Shown here: positions 17,142-25,434 of the stretch, piece after piece
Numbering within the stretch: position 1 is the stretch's first letter
Layout: every line of letters starts with the position of its first letter
Assembly (NCBI GenBank): GCA_045105515.1
Contig: JBGCDR010000391.1
Coordinates: 1 to 25,434, forward strand
Direction: 5' to 3'
DNA: 25,434 bases
DNA from: Oligoflexales bacterium
GTDB taxonomy: Bacteria; Bdellovibrionota_B; Oligoflexia; Oligoflexales; Bog-1112
The notes under the pieces: generated by a model
Databases searched by the model: none
What the model saw: only the letters and a program-made list of their open reading frames with translations
Told to the model about the DNA's origin: nothing
Position numbers and translations under genes: made by a program

Positions 17142-17996
17142 TTAACTCTTGAATACAGCACGTGCACCGCTTGGAAGTTCGATATTACCTGTTTGTGCTT
17201 TGACTGACATTTCAGAAAAAATTATTTCTCCATTTTTGGGGCAAACAGGCTTCAGAAGATTGTGGAGAGCTAGAGGTGTGAAACCGGGTGAGTGAGCGCT
17301 TAGTTGCAAAAACGAAAACTGCTCGTCTTGTAATTCTTGAATCTGGTTAAGAAGTGGTACCAAATCATCTTCAATTTTCCAAACCTCACCTTTGGTACCT
17401 CTGCCGAAGCTGGGTGGGTCTAAAACGATTCCATGGTATTTTGATTTTCGTCTCACTTCTCTTGCTATAAATTTCTTAACATCTTCAATAATCCAGCGGA
17501 TCTTGAGCTCTTCAGAATGCATTTTACCATTATCTCTTGCCCAGCTGACACTTGTTTTTGATGCGTCTACATGGGTGACTTCTGCTCCCATAGATGCGCC
17601 AAGCAAGCTCACAGCTCCTGTGTATGCAAAGAGGTTGAGAAGCTTAAAACTTGGCTTAGCCTTTAAATGATTGGCAATCGCATCACATAGATCTGTGTTC
17701 TGGTGATGCTCAGGAAATATTCCTAGATGTCCGAAGTCAGTTAGGCGTATGATCATTTTTAGCTTGTTTGATGCACTGATAGTCCATTCGTTAGGAAGGT
17801 CCTTGTTGTATAACTTCCAACTCCCATCTCCATGTTTTCCCCTGATAAATTCTGCATCGGCTTTTTTCCATTCACTTTGAGGGGCAAGAGGGCTCCATAC
17901 AGCTTGCAAGGAAGGTCTAATCAGGTAATAGGGGCCTAATTTGTCAAGCCTTCTAAAATTTCCAGAATCTATTAGTCGATAGCTAGCCTTGTTCAT
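17142..17996 (-). CDS. Class I SAM-dependent methyltransferase (RlmI/RlmK-related)
   Basis: YRLIDSG, HLGIFPE, LNLFAYTG, VDAS, LDPPSFGRG. ATG 17996 preferred over the track's TTG at 18014. Confidence 0.9.
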   Translation of the reverse strand: MNKASYRLIDSGNFRRLDKLGPYYLIRPSLQAVWSPLAPQSEWKKADAEFIRGKHGDGSWKLYNKDLPNEWTISASNKLKMIIRLTDFGHLGIFPEHHQNTDLCDAIANHLKAKPSFKLLNLFAYTGAVSLLGASMGAEVTHVDASKTSVSWARDNGKMHSEELKIRWIIEDVKKFIAREVRRKSKYHGIVLDPPSFGRGTKGEVWKIEDDLVPLLNQIQELQDEQFSFLQLSAHSPGFTPLALHNLLKPVCPKNGEIIFSEMSVKAQTGNIELPSGARAVFKS

Positions 17997-18124
17997 ACTG
18001 ATCTTTCTATTCAATCCTGAGATGAAAAAAGTTTCTGATGATAATTAACTGAATTTATCGGGTGAATAAACTATTTTTCTACTTTTTTAGATTAACTAAA
18101 TTATCAACAAGTGAGCTTCATGGG

Positions 18125-18151
18125 TAAAGATTTTTGATAAGTTACCGAGTT
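18125..18151 (+). promoter_or_regulatory. Possible sigma-28-type promoter
   Basis: TAAA-N15-ACCGAGTT, about 40 nt upstream of the globin-gene ATG. Confidence 0.45.
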
Positions 18152-18191
18152 TAAAGTCAAGATTTAGCAGATGTGTGCGGTGAGGGAAGCG

Positions 18192-19034
18192 ATGAGAATT
18201 CAAGCTACTATCATTACACAGAGCTTCAAGCATATTGTTGCCTCAGGCTCTCAGGTAGTTGACCATGCTTATGATCTAATGAGAAAAATGTACCCTGATT
18301 TTGCTACCTTTGTCACTGAGTTTGGCTATGATCAATTCAAAGTACAATTACTGAACTCACTCATATTCTTAGTCGATCATCTTGACGAAGGGCAAACTGC
18401 AATTGAATATCTTCAGTCTATTGGTAAAAGGCTAAGAAATCAGAACATTAAGCCAGAATATTTTGACGAGCTAAAAGATGTGCTTATCCGCTCAATAGCT
18501 ACATTTTTAAATGAGAAATGGACTCCTAAAGCTAGGGAACAGTGGGGGTTAGCATTCGAATTTTTCAACTATCATTTAATGCAGAGTGCTAACATAGCGA
18601 TGAATAGAGAATTTGAACTACCAAGTTTTCAAGGAAATTCTAAGAACAGCAACATAGAAAAGTCAATCAAATCTCAAAATACTGCAAAACCTGAATCATT
18701 TGTAGATATTTCGCTTGAGAACAAGGCTCCCTCTCCCTCTCCCTCCCCAAGCTCAAGCACTAAGCCTTACATGGAATTAAAGCAAAAAGTAAAAGGAATG
18801 AGCCAGGTTGATGATGAATTTGCCGATATTTTCGCACAATTAGAACCAGAACTGGAAGCCTTAGTTAGCCTTAGTCCACAGCAACTGGAACAAATCAAGC
18901 AAGGAGCCACTTCTTATGCTAAGGCATTAGTTGCCAAATACTGGGAAGAGTCTTTTAAGGGTGCTTTGGAAGAGGAGCTTACTGACATCGAAGATGGCGA
19001 TGGAAGTAGTAAATCCAACTCCGAAGCTGCTTGA
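18192..19034 (+). CDS. Globin-fold protein lacking the proximal His, with a Pro/Ser linker and an acidic helical C-terminal domain
   Basis: GAGGGA RBS. Globin pattern YDLMRKMYP..F; QLLNSLIFLVDHLD; YLQSIGKRL (normally LGxRH); IKPEYF; WTPKAREQW. Linker PSPSPSPSSS. Confidence 0.75.
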   Translation: MRIQATIITQSFKHIVASGSQVVDHAYDLMRKMYPDFATFVTEFGYDQFKVQLLNSLIFLVDHLDEGQTAIEYLQSIGKRLRNQNIKPEYFDELKDVLIRSIATFLNEKWTPKAREQWGLAFEFFNYHLMQSANIAMNREFELPSFQGNSKNSNIEKSIKSQNTAKPESFVDISLENKAPSPSPSPSSSTKPYMELKQKVKGMSQVDDEFADIFAQLEPELEALVSLSPQQLEQIKQGATSYAKALVAKYWEESFKGALEEELTDIEDGDGSSKSNSEAA

Positions 19035-19137
19035 TAGATAATATCCACATTTCAGTGGTTTCCTTCTAATCCTGCTTCACTTATATTGCAATAGTTCTTA
19101 TCATTTTAAATCTAAAGCATGAAAAAAAGGTAGAGCA

Positions 19138-19908
19138 TTGGAAGTGAAAGTTGGTCGTAGGTTAAAAAGAGGGTGGATGCCACTGAAGGTGACTGAAGTT
19201 ATTGAGGAAAACCATGATACCCGAACTCTAATTATGGTAAATGCGGAGGAAGAAAGCCGGGCTTTCGATTATATCGCAGGACAATACCTGACCTTTCGAT
19301 TTGATGAGATTGCATCTAAGCCAGTCGTCAGATCATACACCATGTCAAGCTCTCCCTGCCAAGAGGACTTTATTGCAGTTACTGTAAAAGAGGTAGAGGG
19401 CGGCTTTGTAAGTAAGCACTTATGTTCGGACGTAAAGGTAGGAAGCATTCTGAAGGCTCGTGGTCCTATTGGGCGTTTCTGTTATGACGGAACAACTGAC
19501 CACTCAAATCTAACTATGATTGCCGCTGGGAGTGGTGTGACTCCTTTTGTGAGTATTCTAAGGGAATATGCGCCTTACTTAGGCACAGAGAATTCTCCAA
19601 AAAAGATGCGCTTATTAGTTTCTTTTCGGAGTACGAAAGACTTAATTTGTTGGAAAGATCTTGTGAGTTTGCAAGATCATCCGGGCATTGAGATTCTTAC
19701 TACACTAAGCCGTGAAGATCGTCGAAATGAAGGTTTTTTATATGGTAGAATCGATCAAGATATGCTTGGTAATGTGCTTGGAGAACAATGTCTAGACACT
19801 ACTTTTATGACCTGTGGCCCTGAAGTTATGATGGATACAACAGTCAATTATGTTCTTTCGAAAAAGGTGATGCCAAAGCACATGAAAAAAGAATCTTTTG
19901 CGAGCTGA
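19138..19908 (+). CDS. FAD/NAD(P)-binding oxidoreductase (FNR/flavohemoglobin-reductase-like, no 2Fe-2S domain)
   Basis: AGQYL, RSYTMSS, GFVS, GPIGRF, AAGSGVTP, CGP, terminal ESF. Confidence 0.9.
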   Translation: MEVKVGRRLKRGWMPLKVTEVIEENHDTRTLIMVNAEEESRAFDYIAGQYLTFRFDEIASKPVVRSYTMSSSPCQEDFIAVTVKEVEGGFVSKHLCSDVKVGSILKARGPIGRFCYDGTTDHSNLTMIAAGSGVTPFVSILREYAPYLGTENSPKKMRLLVSFRSTKDLICWKDLVSLQDHPGIEILTTLSREDRRNEGFLYGRIDQDMLGNVLGEQCLDTTFMTCGPEVMMDTTVNYVLSKKVMPKHMKKESFAS

Positions 19909-19981
19909 TTTAATTTTTATCAGTTTTCCTTTTTTTATAGAGCTACCCTTAGAGATTCGCCCCATAGGGGAAACATTTTCC

Positions 19982-21088
19982 TCATAAAGTTACAGAATGG
20001 TATTCAAGATTTAGCGCTTCTGCTACAGCTTTGTAGGTTATGTTTCCTTGATAGGTATTTAGCCCATACATCAGATCTTCGTTTTCTTGAAGTGCTCTTT
20101 TTAGTCCTTTGTCAGCCAGTTGCATAGCGTATGGTAGTGTTACATTGGTCAATGCATAAGTACTTGTAGTGGGCACATTTCCTGGAATATTGGTCACTCC
20201 GTAGTGGATCACTGATTCTTCGACATAGCTTGGATTAGTGTGAGTGGTAGGCCTAATAGTCTCGACCGAACCTCCTTGATCAATTGCTACATCTACGATA
20301 GCTGAACCTGCTTCCATGGTAGCGACCATTTCTCGACTTACTAGAGTAGGGGCTTTGGCTCCTGGAAGCAAAACCGCTCCAATTAGTAGATCAGACTCTT
20401 CCACTGCTGTGGCTATGTTTTCTGGGTTGCTCATTAGCGTGTTTACCTGGGTTCCAAACACGTCATCTAAGTAGGCAAGCCGGACTTGATTAATATCTAG
20501 TATGGTAACTAGGGCACCTAAACCAATAGCCATTTTGGCAGCATTGACACCTACATAACCTCCACCAATGATGCTGACTCGACCACGCCGAACTCCAGGA
20601 ACACCACCAAGCAATAATCCTTTGCCTCCATAATGTTTTTCTAAGCAACGAGCCCCTACCTGTACTGACATACGACCAGCAACTTCGCTCATTGGTTTCA
20701 ATAAAGGTAGAGAACCATCTTTTGCTTGTATCGTTTCATAGGCAATCGCAGAAATTTCTAGTTCTAGGAGCGCTTTAGCTAATTCAGGAACTGCTGCTAG
20801 ATGGAGGTAGGTATAAAGAATTTGACGTTTTTTCATGAGGGAGAATTCTTGTTTGATCGGTTCTTTTACCTTCATGATCATATCTGCTCCTCCCCAAACT
20901 TCTTCAGCAGAATTTATAATCGTTGCTCCAGCTTTGATAAATTGTTCATTAGTGATGCCTGCTCCTACCCCCGCTTGATCTTCTATAAGGACTTTATGAC
21001 CTTGCTCTATAAGGAGTTTTACTCCTCCTGGAACTATAGCAATGCGATGTTCTTTTACTTTAACTTCTTTTGGTACTCCGATTATCAT
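19982..21088 (-). CDS. ald: Alanine dehydrogenase
   Basis: IGVPKE, KVKEP, YLHLA, PMSEVAGR, GLLLGGVPGV, DVAIDQGG, TSTYALTN. Confidence 0.97.
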   Translation of the reverse strand: MIIGVPKEVKVKEHRIAIVPGGVKLLIEQGHKVLIEDQAGVGAGITNEQFIKAGATIINSAEEVWGGADMIMKVKEPIKQEFSLMKKRQILYTYLHLAAVPELAKALLELEISAIAYETIQAKDGSLPLLKPMSEVAGRMSVQVGARCLEKHYGGKGLLLGGVPGVRRGRVSIIGGGYVGVNAAKMAIGLGALVTILDINQVRLAYLDDVFGTQVNTLMSNPENIATAVEESDLLIGAVLLPGAKAPTLVSREMVATMEAGSAIVDVAIDQGGSVETIRPTTHTNPSYVEESVIHYGVTNIPGNVPTTSTYALTNVTLPYAMQLADKGLKRALQENEDLMYGLNTYQGNITYKAVAEALNLEYHSVTL

Positions 21089-21262
21089 GTCTATTCCCTT
21101 CGCTTAATTGTTGTGAGTCGTATCATATAGCTCCATTTTTGGCTTTGGTCATACGATGGTAATCTAGCGTACAGATCCCATGTCTATATTCGGGAAGACT
21201 GTAACTCTGTGACTAAGCTCATGACGGTTAACCAACCCTATAAAAAAGGCCGGAAAGACTAT

Positions 21263-22087
21263 TTAGTCGATTCGATCAACTAATATATCCTGATAGCTTA
21301 CAAGCTCAAACTCTAAACCATCGTAAGCAAATGATATGTGTGCAGGAAGAGATGCGGAGTCTCGCTGGTGATCAATGTCGTGGGAAAGGTGGGTTATATA
21401 ACCTCTACTTACTCGCAGATCTTTGAAAAGTTGTATGGTTTCATCAACTGTGCTGTGAGTAGGGTGAGTTTTGAATCGTACTCCACTAGCAACCATGGTA
21501 TGGACTTTACCTTTCCACTTTGGTAAAAGGCGTTTGGGAAAAGTCTTAAAGTCGGTGATGTAAGCAAAACTTCCGAAGCGAAAACCTGTTGTTTGCATGG
21601 TTCCATGTGGTAAGCGAATGGGGTCAACTTCCATTCCAATAGCTTTAAAAGGTCCTTTAGGTATTTCTTTTAATTCAACTTGAGGTGTCGTGCCTTTATA
21701 CCCTGTATTGGTAAACGCATATGAAAAACGGGTAGTAAATTCTTTATGGAATTCTTTGCTCAAAAAACAATTTATAGAACTTTTACTAAAAAAGTAAAAT
21801 GCCCGCAAATCATCGAAACCATGACAATGATCGGCATGTGTATGGGTATATAGTACATTTCCTAATTGGCTTATTTTTGCTTCTAAGATCTGTATACGAA
21901 AGTCAGGAGTCGTATCAATAACCAAATTTTCCTGCGTATCCCTACGAGTGATCAAAATAGATGAGCGACGCCGCTTATTACGAGGGTCATCACTCATGCA
22001 AACTTTGCAGCTGCAACCTATGGTAGGAACTCCTGTAGAAGTTCCTGAGCCAAGGATTCTAACTTTGAGAGGGATCTTGCTGTCCAT
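21263..22087 (-). CDS. MBL-fold metallo-hydrolase (PhnP-like)
   Basis: LGSGTSTGVP..GC.C..C, THTHADHCHG, AYITD, THLSH, AYDG. Confidence 0.92.
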   Translation of the reverse strand: MDSKIPLKVRILGSGTSTGVPTIGCSCKVCMSDDPRNKRRRSSILITRRDTQENLVIDTTPDFRIQILEAKISQLGNVLYTHTHADHCHGFDDLRAFYFFSKSSINCFLSKEFHKEFTTRFSYAFTNTGYKGTTPQVELKEIPKGPFKAIGMEVDPIRLPHGTMQTTGFRFGSFAYITDFKTFPKRLLPKWKGKVHTMVASGVRFKTHPTHSTVDETIQLFKDLRVSRGYITHLSHDIDHQRDSASLPAHISFAYDGLEFELVSYQDILVDRID

Positions 22088-22221
22088 ACAAACCTATATC
22101 GCAAAAAAGAGAAAGGAAACAGGCTAAGAGCCTGGAGGCTTTATACCTTTGCCATATTGGCATATTATTGGCTATTTTCCCAGATTTTGCTTACTTTCTT
22201 GGAAGCATAAGTGGCAGCGAG

Positions 22222-22854
22222 CTATGGGAGCCATAGCCCTACATGTAAGAGCATATTGAATTGGGTTAATGGTCTAATTTTAATATTTTCTTTCACCGTT
22301 GCCAGGTCGCCTTTTACTGCTTCTATGGTGCTAGAGTGGGTAATCAATTCATCCGCGATTAATTTTAAGGATGCGGTCCAGAAATAAGTACTATAGAAGC
22401 GTAATCCCATACTTTGATGAAGACTTAAGTAGTAATTTTTTTGTATCCAAGATGTAAATTTGTCTTGAGAACTTGAGCTACCAAAGCGATGATAAGGGTT
22501 TTCAGCCAACCTCCCTAATAACTCTCTCTCGCCACTTATACCCAGGCTCACAAAGAAGCTTGGCGTAGTCGTGCTTGGCAGATACCAAAGGATTTCAGAT
22601 GCAAGCCTGATACTTTGATCTTTGAATTCTTGATTTTCACCAATAATATCGGTTTTTTCAGCCATATATCCAACTGATACCGATTTGTATACCTGGTGTT
22701 CAGCTCTAAAAGCTGTTTGTCCCCATAGACCCTTGAAGGGAGAGGTTTCTATTAGGAAAGAACCTGGTTTTGCAAGTGCTTGCAGAGGATGCGTCAAATT
22801 CAAAAAGATCAAAAGATGCGTCATAGTCATAAATATGGTAACAGAATACTTCAA
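22222..22854 (-). CDS. Exported hypothetical protein, probable outer-membrane beta-barrel
   Basis: Signal peptide ending ALA; alternating beta-strand patterns; C-terminal LLHVGLWLP resembling a beta-signal. Confidence 0.6.
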   Translation of the reverse strand: MKYSVTIFMTMTHLLIFLNLTHPLQALAKPGSFLIETSPFKGLWGQTAFRAEHQVYKSVSVGYMAEKTDIIGENQEFKDQSIRLASEILWYLPSTTTPSFFVSLGISGERELLGRLAENPYHRFGSSSSQDKFTSWIQKNYYLSLHQSMGLRFYSTYFWTASLKLIADELITHSSTIEAVKGDLATVKENIKIRPLTQFNMLLHVGLWLP

Positions 22855-22954
22855 AGCTAGCCTTTCTGTTGAAACTAGTTCTCTGTCTGGGGTTCGGAAG
22901 GTTTCACAGGAAATTGATAGGTATAAGTTGCCTGAATTAAGGTAAGGAAAAAAT

Positions 22955-24190
22955 TTGGCTCAAATTCTTGTGCAAAAATATGGTGGAACTTCATTAGGTG
23001 ATTTAGCGAAGTTAGATATGGTGGCAAAACGAATTCACACATCTCTCAACTGTAATAGCAAGGTTGTGGTTGTGGTTAGCGCAATGGGTAGCTTCACAGA
23101 TGAGCTTATTGCTATGGCAAATTCGATTCATACAGCTCCTCCCAAGCGTGAGCTAGATATGCTCGTAACCACTGGGGAACGGATTAGTTCGTCCTTGTTG
23201 TGTATTGCACTTAATCATTTAGGGGTTTCTGCAATTTCGTTGACAGGCTCTCAATGTGGCATACTTACTGACGAGACTCATGGAAACGCTAGGATTCAGA
23301 AGATAAAGGGCAATCGGATGAGAGCCTGCTTGGAGACTCATCAAGTTGTCATTGTTGCAGGCTTTCAAGGGGTCAGTCCAAGTACGAAAGATATAACAAG
23401 CCTAGGAAGAGGAGGCTCTGACCTTACAGCTGTAGCCCTTGCTATCGCATTAAATGCTGATTTTTGCGAAATAAACACAGACGTTGATGGTGTTTTCACC
23501 AGTGACCCTAGAATGGTAGCTAAGCCAAAGCTTATCAACAAACTTTCATGGGATGAAATGCTGGAGATGTCATGGGCTGGAGCGGGGGTTTTGCACCATC
23601 GAGCAGCATTTTTGGCAAAGAAATACCAGCTTCCCATTGTTATACGCTCTGCTCAAGAAAAGTCTGATAAGAAAACCCTTATTGAAGGATCCAAATCTGT
23701 GGAAGAGTCGTTTGTAACTACCATCGCATCGAAAAGGAAGCAAATATTTTTAGAGTATGTGCAAGAGTGCGGTGAAAGTGTTGGAACCTCTGGGGATGCT
23801 GCAGATGTAACTAGAGACTATTTATGGAGTATTGACGAATCACCTCTTATTTTTCAGGTTGCTTACCGTGGAACTCAGCTCCATGTCTTGCTGGTCTTAT
23901 CCGAGCAACATCTTCAATCCTTGCTTGATGAGCTGAGTGTAAAAGGGCTTAAATTAGAGGTGAAGAGAAGAGATGCTGTCTCCAGCATTTCAATCATTGG
24001 AGGAGGGTTTAAACAAAATCCTGAAGTGGTAAAAGGAGCGTTCTCGTGTCTAAAAAAGCCCTTCTATTTTTCAGAAATTAAAGATCCTTCAATCACTTTT
24101 GTTATTGACCCTCATGATCTGGAGAGCTGTTTGCATGCCTTGCATGGGCACTGTTTTGCTTCCAGATCAATTGATGTTAAGCCCCCGACT

Positions 24191-24196
<6 letters not shown>
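22955..24196 (+). CDS. lysC: Aspartate kinase
   Basis: VQKYGGTS, VVVSAMG, TDEL, AGFQG, LGRGGSD, TDVDGVFTSDPR; divergent ACT-like C-terminus; AAGGA RBS and TTG start. Confidence 0.95.

Positions 24197-25434
<1,238 letters not shown>

Overview
AT-rich bacterial chromosomal window. The gene complement and style suggest Bdellovibrionota/Oligoflexia or a related delta-like lineage; this is inference, not demonstrated. Housekeeping genes: folC, accD, fused secDF, a five-gene Opp/Dpp peptide ABC operon, two RNA methyltransferases, ald, a PhnP-type MBL hydrolase and lysC. Several unusual accessory genes are interspersed. The most striking is a eukaryote-type inositol polyphosphate kinase (IPK/IP6K/IPMK superfamily) with a predicted export signal (15249-16292), directly behind an internalin-like LRR lipoprotein with a sigma-28-type promoter. 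Also notable: a Tat-signal lipoprotein built of three tandem superoxide-reductase domains; a globin lacking the proximal His next to a stand-alone FAD/NAD reductase (split flavohemoglobin-like); a ~125-nt rod-like RNA hairpin behind a strong sigma-70 promoter and ahead of a Cys-rich AT-hook-like protein; and an ORF that runs off the window end through a tract of at least 53 Gln codons. No rRNA, tRNA, CRISPR array or mobile element was recognised. All calls come from reading motifs by eye; no database searches were run.
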